A DNA stretch of 64,000 nucleotides from Takakia lepidozioides (Eukaryota > Plantae > Bryophyta). The notes under the pieces are model-generated. The model worked only from the letters and a program-made list of their open reading frames with translations, was not told the DNA's origin and did not search any database. Below, piece by piece: positions 14,273 to 26,347 of this stretch. A program made the translations under genes and the position numbers. The stretch's first letter is position 1; each line of letters starts with the position of its first letter. The stretch lies in contig CM060731.1 of the NCBI GenBank assembly GCA_030704615.1, forward strand, positions 54,746,001-54,810,000. Reading direction: 5' to 3'.

Positions 14273-15771
14273 TTACCGATCTCCACCCTCATCCTCCTCG
14301 AGCCCCACCCAGTCTGTGAAGGCGAACAAGAACTCCTTGAATGTGATCAGTCCATTCTTGTCCCAATCCATTTCTTCTGCAACACTCATGGAAATATGTG
14401 AGCTTGCATACTGTCCTGGTATTTAGCTATAGTTGCAAAGACCTAGCAAACCATGGCTGGTGCGTCGAAGACTACAAAGAAGGCAAAGAAGACTGTAAAC
14501 ACTCTCCTCTCCCCCAACAATTTATTCAAATGCTTTCAACTTAAGGGAAAACCTTCTTTAAGTTTACATTCAACTTTGAAAAACAAATCTCCTTCGGTCA
14601 AAGGTGAAACAACTGGACACAAATAAAAATACTCACCAAATCTTTCTACCCCAATCCTTTCTCCCTGCCTGCCTGGAGATGCCTCATTGATGGCATATAT
14701 CATTTCTTTCTTGCTGACATAGCCATCTTTCTCACGGTCAAAAAATACAAATGCATCCGCGATCATGTCAAATGTGGCTTCTAGCTGTGGCAGCCCTATT
14801 CGAGTTCTCTTCACCAGACCATCCAGTCAAGGACCACTGTAAACTTCCACAGAGTGACATGAAATCCACAGGTATAAGCAGATCACATTCAGAGATTTTA
14901 GTTGCGTGTTACCCATCAGTACGTAGCCCTTCAGAAAGAGTCAGGCCTCTTCTCTTACGTTTCCTGTCCCACATTGGGGTGTACAAAATCAGCATGGATG
15001 CAAATAACGGACCACAGAATCTGGGTGGTAGTGAATATGCTCTCCCTTTCCTCTCTCTCTTCCTTGCTCCCACCTTCCTCCACCAATACCCACCAGGATA
15101 TGCTACCAGCATGTCAAATAATCACCAAGGAGGATACAGCTTGAGTATTGTTGGTAGGTTTCCCAAGAAGGTACACAAAGGCTAACACCACAATGAACTC
15201 TTTGAACTCAATGCCATGGCTAGAATCCATATCACTCTCTGCATGCAAAGCGCGCACTTCCTCATCTGTGTACTCTACATGCAGCTCCCTGAAACAAAGC
15301 TTCAGTTCCTCCATGTCTATGGAACCATTGCCATCTCTGTCTGCAAATCACCCAGCAACCCACAGAAAGTTGGCACGGCCAATTCTTAAACCCCTGCAGG
15401 CCTCTCTCTTTTAACAGGTTGCAGATTGAGATCCTCCCTCTATCTTTCTCTCTCTTGCCTCTTGTCTCTTGTGTTCCGCTCAAACTGAGCGCGGGGTCAA
15501 TGGCCACAAGGCTACAGCAAACGTCGTCTTATGAGTACATTCTCTTGTCTGTCTCTCTCTCTCAATACAGGTGGTACATACCAAATTTCTTAAACACTGC
15601 CCTGACTGTTTCAAAGGACTCATCGATTTTTGGAAACTTCAGGATGATACTGTTGAATGTCTTCAATGTGACTTGGCCCAATCGGGCTCGCTCTGCCATA
15701 GCTTCGACCATTCTCTTCTCAAGCATGGATGGCTGGTCAAGCCTTTCATCTCTGCTTTGTCTGATCCCCAT
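14273..15771 (-). CDS. CML21: Calmodulin-like EF-hand protein, CML21/CML22 type. Exons: 15771-15582, 15340-15138, 14808-14637, 14376-14273
   Basis: Spliced product MGIRQSR..TFNSIILKFPKIDESF..FDRDGNGSIDMEEL..SDMDSSHGIEFKEF..FDREKDGYVSKKEM..FEEMDWDKNGLITFKEFLFAFTDWVG has four EF-hand loops and the CML21/22 hallmarks. It starts with MG. Stop TAA at 14275-14273. Confidence 0.88.
14809..15137 (-). other. Putative U12-type (minor spliceosome) GT-AG intron in the CML21-like gene
   Basis: 5' site GTATCCTCC. Branch motif TCCTTGAC at 14833-14826, 17 nt from the intron end. No polypyrimidine tract. The upstream ttacag acceptor would introduce an in-frame stop. Confidence 0.72.
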
Positions 15772-18700
15772 AGGTAACCCCTCAGCTTTCAAAAGCGGGA
15801 GATTCTCCTATAGCCAACCAGTTTGAATCACAGCAATCTGAACAGAGCAAAACCTTATGGTTAAGTGGAAAGGACGATCAACTTGCTCTAAATTTAGATA
15901 CTAAAACCAAGAGTTTAGTTTCATAGTTTTAGTTTGTCAATTATCTCCAGGCACCACAAATGTCCCCAAAATCCAAAAAGAACTAAAATTTGTCTCCATA
16001 GATTCATTATTTCTTGCCACTGGCTCAGGGTTCTGAAAGATAAATTTCCAGAACCCTTTCAGGAGTCAGGAGAACAGTGATGACTGAGGCTCTAAATTCT
16101 CCTCCTTCTGTAGAATCAAGAAGATGCTGGACGTACTTTGCTGAAAAATTCTAGTCCAGGGAATGGTGTACTCAGACCGACGTGGAGACTGTTTCAATCG
16201 AGTCCAAACCATTTTTTCTTTGGAATGGTCACAAACAACACATGGGGCCTAAATCATAAAGCCCCACAATTCAGAAGCACATGTAGAGACAATCTTGACA
16301 AAGTTTTGGGTGAGTTCTGCAACAGCATGAGGACATTCCTTGGCCTAGGACACATGATTGAACATGTGCTCATGAGTGCAGAGAATCCAAGAGATCGAGT
16401 TACTTTCACTGATTACCCCCACGGCGTTCGTGGGGCGATTCATACCAGTCATCTGTGTACAACCAACGGCAAACTCACGGGATGGTTGCCCCGTGAAGTA
16501 GCGCAATTTGCTCCACAATAAAGGTGTATTTACTTCTACTTGCTTTGAACTTGCTATAGCTTCCGACGAAGGAAAACCAAGTACTCATATCATACGGCCC
16601 CGCAGAATGCGCCTCGTCAATAAAGCAGTAAGTCGTCGGAAGTGCACCTCACAGGTTACAACCATTGACAAAGTCTGAATACTATGATGCAAACACCACC
16701 TCTTCAATCAGCAGTCCCTCTCCACAACAGACTTGTGGCCACCGGATTGCCCATGCTGTTGGGACGATTATAGCGTGGTGGGATAAAACGGCACTGACTT
16801 CTCATACTCTGGTAGGAAATCTGGCCACAGCAAGCCTGCCTACCACACAACAACATAGCAAACAAAATGTTGTGAAATCCTGCCCGAATTCTAGTCGCAA
16901 TTTGAAAACTAGGAGAAATGTAGGGGTTCAGGAAGCCCAATCATACCTCCGCCAATTTCCGAAGGTGTAAGAATGAATTGTCAAAACGATGGACAGAGCA
17001 TCGCACTTCAGAGTCTCTCTCAAAATGCAAAAGCCCAGCGATGACGAAAAATCCGCTTCGAACCCCAAATCCTGTAAACAGCAAGAGCCAGAAAAGACGA
17101 AGAAAAAAGTGTGGGGACACAAGCAACCCTAGCGAGCAATCACACGACTCCACACACAGCCCTGCACACCCCACACCCCCCCTCATCGCGTCGTCATCGT
17201 CAGGCCCGCACCCACCCAGCGACAGGCCAGGCACGTTCATCCACCGCCACGGCTGCACATCCATCCACGTTGTGCTCTCCTCTGCCCTCGCTGCTGCGCT
17301 GCGGGCCCTGCACTTTCTTACTTGCCCCGTCCAACAAGTCTTCTGTCGGCCTGCCACTCTGCGAGCACGTACGTAGATCTGAAGAGGTAGCACGAGCAGG
17401 CGGGTAGTTATTTCTGTGCTTGCAAGGTCTTCCCATGGCTGCACTAGTGAAGATTCTGGAGCACCAGAAAGGGGGGACATAGCCAACTTGAGAATTGCAT
17501 TGTGCGTATAAGGAGGTGAGGTAGGCTTGGCAGGAGATGCTCCTTGTTTATAGGAAAGCCGTTTCCTTGGTGACGAGGAGTAATAATAAGCGGCTATGGG
17601 AGTACCGGGTGGCCTCCGATGTCCATTCATGTGGTGGGACCCACCCAGGAAGAGCTGATTTGCAGTTGTATATCGGCTGGTTGTTGACGATTGCGCCGTC
17701 GATACTTGAGCGTGGATATTGGTAGCTTCACTGTTTGAGCTTTGTTTCAGTTCTTCCTTGAGCTCTCACGACTCGTGTTGGTATGACAACCAACTTCTTT
17801 TTGCAAAAACGACTTAAGAATCAATCGTGAAGGAGAAAAAGTATGAGCTTGGGTTCTAAAGAGTGCGAGAGATTAGAACAGAGAGGAAGGGAAGGGCAAA
17901 ACAGGCAAGAGATGCAGAAATGAAGCGAATTGTGGTGTCCTTTGCTTGCATGCAAATGGAAGATTCAATTAGAATATTGGTGGACAGATCCACGGAAGGG
18001 GAACCCGCTGTGGAAAATAACCTTGTCAGTTGGTATAACTTTCATGAACAAATTGGGGAGATGCAGCTATAATTCACTGTACTCCAGTTTCTCACTAGCA
18101 CAGGAAGTTGAACAGGCTTTTCTCATTCCTCGAGACGGCAAGGACAATGTAGAGGCCCCTGCCTCCACTGGGCATCAAGTAGGAGAGAATAATAGGAACA
18201 ACCCACCGCACAATGATTCCTGACTAAAAACAGGACGAGGCTAAGGAATCCCTAGGGGATGATCCCGCCTGCATGTTGGAGAATGAGGACACAGCAGATG
18301 AAGCAAGGGAGAAATATGCATATACAATTCAACATCACTGCACTCGAATGATCTCCAAAGGATCAGATGCTGAGGATGTGGAATCAAAGGAGGATCGAAG
18401 ATGGTTTTCACCTTCAATAAACGAGCAATTTATCACTGTCCCTATGAACAAGAGAAGGAATTTGAAGCCCCTGGGACTGGGTGACAGAAAAGAAGGGTGC
18501 TCTTCACCCTTTCTTAAGAGAGAAATAAGTAACTAACTGAATTTGCACCAATCAAGAATGAAGAAGAGGAAGGAATTGGCAGACACACTCCACTGCACTC
18601 TTACTCTCTAGAGGACAGGAGGTTGCTTGGCGATCCAGAGGGGAGGTCCCTGCCCCCTTATTGTCAGAGGAAAAGTACAAAGCAGAAACAAAAAAATGCA

Positions 18701-18858
18701 GGTGCAATTTAGTGCAGACCGAATCTCTTGTTTAGCAGAAGCTCAAGACTGGGGAACCTGACGAGGAGGTTCTTGCCCTTACTTTAGAGGGCAAGAACAT
18801 ACGAGAGGCACTTCCGTGGGAAACAGCAGAGCCCCCTGCAGAGGGCCCTGCCCCTACC

Positions 18859-21800
18859 ATGGAACAACGAGCCCGTCCTACAGAAAGAGAGTACGACGAA
18901 ACAGACCTAGAGAACATTCCCATTGAAGAGGTTTTCAAGAGACTGAAATGCACGAAGGAGGGCCTCTCGTCCAAAGAAGCCGAGATTCGATTTAACCTCG
19001 TTGGGCCCAACAAACTGGAAGAACGGCACGAAAGTTTGTTACTCAAGTTTTTATCCTTCATGTGGAACCCTCTGTCGTGGGTTATGGAGCTTGCGGCAAT
19101 CATGGCCCTTGTCCTCGATAACGGAAATAACTTGCCTCCTGATTGGCAAGACTTTGTTGGGATTGCGATCCTACTTGTGATCAACGCAACAGTCAGTTAC
19201 GTAGAGGAAACCAATGCTGGACAGGCGGCTGCTGCGCTTATGCAAGCCCTTGCCCCAAAAGCCAAATTGCTGAGAGATGGTGCCTACAAGGAAGATGATG
19301 CTACCATTATTGTACCTGGTGACATCATCACAATAAAGCTGGGAGACATCATAGCTGCGGACGCAAGGTTGCTCGAGGGGGACCCACTTTTGATCGATCA
19401 GTCAGCGCTAACTGGTGAATCGGTCGCCGTTACAAAAAGAGCAGGGGATGAAGTGTTCTCAGGATCTATATGCAAACAGGGGGAACTCGAAGCTGTAGTA
19501 ATCGCTACAGGCGTGAATACGTTCTTTGGAAAGGCAGCTCATCTGGTTGATACTACCCACCACACTGGGCACTTCCAACAAGTTCTGACACATATTGGAA
19601 ACTTCTGTATATATGCAATTTCTCTAGGCATCCTGGTGGAGATAATTGTGATGTACCTGGTCCAGCGTCGAAAATACCGAGATGGAATTGACTGTATGCT
19701 GATTCTCTTGATTGGGGGCATTCCCATTGCCATGCCCACAGTTTTGTCGGTTACCATGGCAGTTGGGGCTCATAGCCTGGCCAAGCAGGGTGCAATTGTG
19801 AAGCGAATGACTGCAATCGAGGAGATGGCAGGCATGGACATCCTTTGCTCAGATAAAACAGGAACGCTGACATTAAATCGTCTTACTGTTGACAAGAACA
19901 TCATTGAAATCTTCTCGAAATCTGCTGACAAGAACCTCATATTACTCACTGCTGCACGAGCCTCGCGTGTTGAAAATCAGGTCCAAACTACCGTGCACTG
20001 TGAAGGGTCCAGCACTAAAGTACCCCACCACGGTTCTATAATCATGTCAATTTAATTGTTATCCTGTAGTTTGTCACTTCCCGGTTGAAGCAGCAACAAC
20101 CAAATAGAGAGGAAGATAGAGAGAGGGGTTTGGCTAGGGCAGCTACATTCTAGACTGCACAGTTCTGCTGCCCCACAGAAAATAGGTAGATGTGCTCTTT
20201 CCTGATTGCAAACGTTCTGTTTGGTTATAAGAACACAGGACCCCATCGACCTCGCAATCTGCAGCATGTTGGGAGATCCCAGGGAGGCGCGTAATGGCAT
20301 TGAGGAAGTCCATTTCCTGCCTTTCAATCCCACCGACAAGCGCACCGCAATGACATACAAGACCGCCGATGGAAAAATGCATCGAGCAACCAAAGGAGCT
20401 CCTGAACAAATTCTCGCTCTGGCGGAAAACAGAAGTCAGATAGAGAAAAGGGTGTATGAGGTCATCGACCGATTTGCTGAGAGGGGTTTACGAAGTCTGG
20501 GTGTTGGCTACCAGGTACAGTACCCAATGCATCATTTGACAAGTGTTAAATCACTCGGTTTGTTTTCTGAAGCCAAAAAGGAAGTTCAATTCGTGAGCAA
20601 GATTCATTAACTCATGCCTGTACTTAAAGCTGCAGATTCGGTCAATTTATACATTATAAATGTACATGGTAATATATTCTGCTAACTGACTTAGACATCC
20701 CAAGACCTGTACTCACATGAGTCAACCGATGGCCGGAGCGAAGCAGGAAGTACCTGATGGCCAAAAAGAGAGTGAGGGAGGGCCATGGGAGATGCTTGGG
20801 TTGCTCCCACTGTTTGACCCACCTCGCCATGACACGGCTGAAACAGTTCGAAGAGCCTTGGAACTCGGTGTGAATGTCAAGATGATAACAGGAGATCAGT
20901 TGGCGATCGCAAAGGAGACAGCACGGAGACTAGGAATGGGGACGAATATATATCCGTCATCGGCTTTGTTTGGGAGAAATAGAGGAAGCGTTGATCATAC
21001 CGCGATAGTTGGCATGGATGAGGGCGAACTGATCGAGCAGGCTGATGGGTTTGCAGGCAATGTGCTTATCTTAAAGACCACACATTCAGAAGAATTATTG
21101 ATCAATCAGTCTGTTAAGAGTTCCGGATACAACGGAAAAAAGTCTTAAGGTGTCTTATCATATCCATGTTATAGCTCTATTGTGCTTTAGGTTCCAATAG
21201 GATGAGCTGTATGTATCTACTGAGCACTCCTCGTCTGCCATACATCTTTCTTTGCATGTGCCTGGCAGTCTCATATATGTAACTTGTAGACCCAAGTTGC
21301 TTCGTAGAACTCCAAATCTAACACCACATTAAAAGATTCAAATTAAGAGCTCGACCCATGTACATAGCACTTGAATAGAAGCTCGGGCAAAGAATGCCGG
21401 CCGTCTGAATGGGAGGGAGGGAGAGACAAAACACTTTGCAGGTGTATTTCCGGAACACAAGTACAAGATAGTGAAGACGTTACAAGAGAGGAAACACACG
21501 TGTGGCATGACTGGGGACGGTGTGAACGATGCACCAGCCTTAAAGAAGGCTGATATTGGTATTGCGGTGGCTGACGCCACAGATGCTGCTCGCAATGCAG
21601 CTGATATTGTACTCACCCAGCCAGGTAAGCAACCGTGACAGCAATTTCATCACAGCCTATCTATCTATGATAGCTGATGATGATTCAGGGTGGGCTCATG
21701 TGCATTCTAAGACCACAAACCTGATGTACCGAGTCCACGTCTGCAGAATCGGTGTCCGAATGATTCCAAATTTCTCTACCAGTTTGTTGTAGCATTGTTG

Positions 21801-24800
21801 GACTCAGGAACGGTACCAGGCTCATGGATTGTACCTAGGATCCAGAGTACATGCATACATGTACACCTATTTATCCACACAGTCAACTTGCAAAAGTGTG
21901 TCATGCATGTTGCTTGATGTGCATGGTCTCTAAAACTGCTGTGCAAACTTGAAACCATTGAAATTGATTGATCGCATTCATGAACTTGTAGCTCAATAGG
22001 ATCATGCCTCCAGGGTTTTTTACGATGAGCTTTACTATTCAGGAATACACAAAGCCAACGTGTATAATAATTTGCATATGGTGTTTGCAAGTTTAAGACC
22101 CTCTGAGATACATATAAAGGACTATATAAAACTTAGTGTTGAGCACTTTCTCTAGGACTGGTTCAGTTTATGTCTAGTCACTCAGACGATCTTCACGCAG
22201 TTTATATACACACTAGGAGGATGGAACAGAAGTTATTGCATCTCTTTTCCGTCTAAGCAGATCTGAACTTGTAGGAATTGATGGCAGGCTTGAGTGTGAT
22301 CATACTCGCCATCCTCACAAGCCGCTGCATATTCCAGCGCATGAAGAACTATACCATCTATGCAGTTTCAATCACTGTTCGCATCGTGCTGGGGTTTCTC
22401 ATCCTAGCATTGATCTGGAAATTTGACTTCTCACCCTTCATGGTGCTGGTCATTGCCATCCTCAATGATGGCACCATCATGACCATCTCCAAGGTGTGTG
22501 GTCTCTCTCTTCACTTCACATTGTTCGTTTGACCGGGAGAGAGGCAAAGACACAGCTTGATACCAGAGAGTAGGGCAACAACCAGAACGCAAGAAGGAGA
22601 TCATTTAGATTGATAAACTGTGGTTGAATCCAATTTGAAGATAATGTTGGATAACATGGTACAGGATATTGTGCGTCCATCTCGTGGCCCCGATTCATGG
22701 AAGCTGAAGAATTTGTTCATACAGGGCATTTGTCTGGGTGGCTACCAAGCACTCATGACTGTAATTTTTTATTATCTTGTTCACGACACTACATTCTTTG
22801 AAAGAAAATTTAAGGTGCAGTGGCTCTCCCTCCTCCAAGTTCTTGTGGGACATCGAAGATTGGGAATCTTCTCGGGACTTTGAGCTGTAGCACTATTTTC
22901 ACACTTGCTGCTTGTAACACATGAAAAGAGAGTCACAAGTCAGACAATAGTCACAAGTCGTGAACATAATATCATCTGTACACGCACGTCTTCTCCACGG
23001 TCAATCTGGAATTTTCTTTCTCTCGCACGACATCCAGCATGTACATGTAGCAAAGAATGGCATATTTTGGTGTGATCTTAACTAATATTGCCTTCTACTT
23101 ATAACTTGCCCCCTGATATGCAGTTGATAACCATTTCTAACAGTCCAAATAAAGAAACAGCGGTGATCTACCTGCAAGTGAGTATTGTGAGCCAAGCTCT
23201 CATCTTTGTTACAAGGTCACGGGGCTGGTCGCTGAGGGAGAGGCCTGGGGTATGGCTAGTGGTGGCCTTCTTCGTGGCTCAGATGATTGCCACTTTGATT
23301 GCCGTTTATGCGAATTGGGGATTTGCCAAAATCCAAGGGTGCGGCTGGAAATGGGCTGGGATTGTTTGGTTATACGAGTGAGTGCTCACATTGCATCGTG
23401 GAGCCCTGTCTCTTGTGTCTTTGTTGTCATTCTTGAAAACTAAGGTGCACGTGTGGGAATAATAGAGACCAACTGGTGCGCCGAGCGGTAAGCACAACAT
23501 GAGCATTAGACTTATTCAAAGCTTCCAACCTGTAGAGATGAAGAGAAGAAGTAGAAACTTGTACGAGTAATTTCTGCTGACTCGTTGTCATGTGGGGAAC
23601 AGTGTTATTTGGTACTTTCCATTAGACCCCATCAAGTTCATCGCGCGCTACATTTTGAGCGGGAAGGCCTGGACATTGTTGACAGAAAAGAAGGTTTTCT
23701 TAACTCACCAACGTAATTATGGGCGCGAGGCCAGGCAGGCCCGGTGGGCTAATTATACTGCACGGACAGGACCTAAGAGCCCTGCAGATAAGTCCTCAGG
23801 TCAATCACATCTGCAATCAACCTTTGAAGAGTTCACACATGTCTTCAACTTTTGGTTAACAGACTTTTGGTCTGTACCTGACGTCCAGAAATTTGTACGC
23901 ATAGCTCTAGCAGTTCACAAAGTTGTTACATTGAATAGAGCGCAACCATAACATACTTAGTTCAACCATCAGCTCTCTTGGTATGCGATTACTGCGGGAC
24001 TTCTTGACAGCTATACGATATTATATGGCTCAGAGCAACTTGTGATTTGAGCTGAGCAGAGAAGAGAGGTCTAGACTTGGGACTTGGACCCTCTCTAAAT
24101 TCATGTTCCATGTACATCCAATCTGTCTTAAAATAATCTGAATGGGGGTGTTTGCAGGCGTGCCAAGCAATGTCAGCGGTGGCACATCGCAGGGTCGCGA
24201 GCTCGCTGACCAAGCCAAGCGACGAGCTGAGATGGCTCGGTACTTCTCTCACTTTCCCCATGTTACACTGAGACTACGATCTTGCCTGAGCTCTTCTTCA
24301 AGATTCTTAAATCTTGCCTGCTGTCTGATGGTTTACATTCATGTTTTAGTATTGGTGTGCAACAGAAGATTTGAGCAACCTTGCCTATATTCGTCTGTCC
24401 ACACCACCTGTAGTTTGCTCCAATTCAATTTCAAGAATTGCAAGCTGAATGTACCTGTAGCGGAAGTATCTAACTTCCTCGTCATGTTCTCCTGCTAGCT
24501 ATTCAAAACTGAGATTGCATGGCACATAACCCATTTCCAACATAGAAAGAAAGAAGATCACACAGAAAAAAGCCACGGTCCCTGGAGAAACAAAGAAACT
24601 TTATAATGTCCCGCGGTTCAAAGCTCAGAGAGCTAACTAGTACAAAAGAAAACAGGCAGAAATCACGTCCACGGGAGACCAAAAGGACCACAGGCTGCAC
24701 ATTCATGAAAATTACGTGCTGTGGGGTATGGGGATCATGGCCAGGTTGCAGTTGGCGGCACCGTCGACGTACAGAGGTGTGCCCACCTTTGAGGGTCACC

Positions 24801-24862
24801 AATGGAGCCAGGATCTCCATCAGTCTGGAGAATTCTCGTTCCACTCGGATATGGTTGGCTAA
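18859..24862 (+). CDS. AHA: Plasma-membrane P3A-type H+-ATPase (AHA/HA family). Exons: 18859-19980, 20239-20514, 20747-21056, 21442-21624, 22288-22493, 22665-22814, 23124-23377, 23603-23799, 24158-24239, and tentative last exon 24745-24862
   Basis: Motifs [40 protein letters not shown] (phosphorylated Asp), [36 protein letters not shown] and [10 protein letters not shown]. Splice phases are consistent. The last exon and exact start codon are less certain. Confidence 0.93.
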
Positions 24863-26347
24863 CTTGTTGAGATTCAGTCGTTGTGGGTCCATTGCCCCTT
24901 ATTGCCATCCACTTCATTCACTCATTCATTTCCAAATCACCGAAGCTGATCCGCCGCTTCTTTGACATCCTGCATAACTTGAACGGAGCTGCCTGGAGGA
25001 GTCCTGAATCAACTCGCGAGTCAATGAATGCATGAAGGAAGGAAAGAGTGCTTAACCACAACCTCTTTCCTCAGCGGTAATACCGGCCTTGCCTGCAGCC
25101 CTCCCAGAGCGTGAACTCAAAAGGGTGGTGGTGGTGGGATGGCGGGGGCAGAATGCTGGAGTATTGCACTCCCGACATTTTGAGTAGATTGTAGTAGAGG
25201 GATGAGGACAGTTGCAAGATTGTCAACACAATCACTCGCTTTGAGACCTCCCCGGGTTGCCATCAGTCTGCAACCCTCGGAGAGAGCCATTCACATCTGC
25301 CAACGTTCTACCCTGCAATTGTCTTCCACGTGCACACTCTCACTCTCTGTATATTAGCACGACATCAACAAAGTTGTAAGTTGTACTCGGAAAGGATTTT
25401 TTTCTGTTTTTAATAAGAGAAGCGGGCCTCGTCATTAGATTGGATTTTTGTTGGCCCTGCCTTCCTAAGGCGGGACTACGCAATGGATTAGCACCTATCC
25501 TTGGGATTATGCTCCGAATTAGATCTAGACATGTGTCATTAGAAGATTCTGTTCTTAATTTTAATGAATGAAATTCGCTGAATAGTTTCATGCATGTGTG
25601 ACGTGTTGTGGGACTGAGTGCTATCCAGGTAATTATGCCGCTAGAGGTGATTCAGAGTGAGTGTCCAGGCCCGTAGTACTCGGTCACACAATTTTAATTT
25701 TGTACTGGAGAACATCTAATTCTGCATGTATTTCTCTTCTCTATCTGCTCTTTTGGTAGAGACTCGAGTGCGCAGTACGGACTAGGTCCTTTTTCTTTTT
25801 CTTTTTCTTTTCTTTTTTTTAAAAATGAGGAACGGAGGCCTCTCAGTTTTATATATTAGGACATAGAACATCTGAGAAGTACAAGAGGAAAAAATAACCT
25901 CTACCAAGGTGCCATAAGGCTGACCTAGGAAGACGATACTTCGTGACCAGATTGAAGAGAAGGGGGAGAAGAGAGGTCTTAGATCAAGGATAATCCAGAG
26001 ACCAGGAGCCAAAAACCAGGAAGATTAGAGCCTAACAGCAATGCCCCCAACCATCAACCATCAAGATGCTTGATGAGCCCTAGTGCGAGGCCCTCCTCGG
26101 TCACTACATTAACTGGAGAGCAGCTGTGTAGTTGGGCAAGGCCCAAGCATCGCCTTCTATCTACTATGCAACCACTTCCGTCAAAACCAAGTGAACAGCG
26201 AGGTAAAACCACAGAGAGCTACTCAACAAATCTGCTGACTAATTTAGGCTACCAAAAGAGAGCGCCTTCGCTTTGCCCTTCTTAAAAGATTTACGGTGCC
26301 TCCAGTTGACTTCTGACTCATCCCTACCAAGGGGGGAGCGCATGGAG

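Noticed and set aside
16941-17630. 229-aa minus-strand ORF and overlapping ORFs
   Set aside because: Low-complexity GC-rich promoter/UTR-like sequence open in several frames, with no recognisable domain.
17863-18858. N-terminal extension exons for the H+-ATPase
   Set aside because: The frame is open from 18736, but I could not link a credible upstream ATG exon, and Met 18859 already matches the usual AHA start position.
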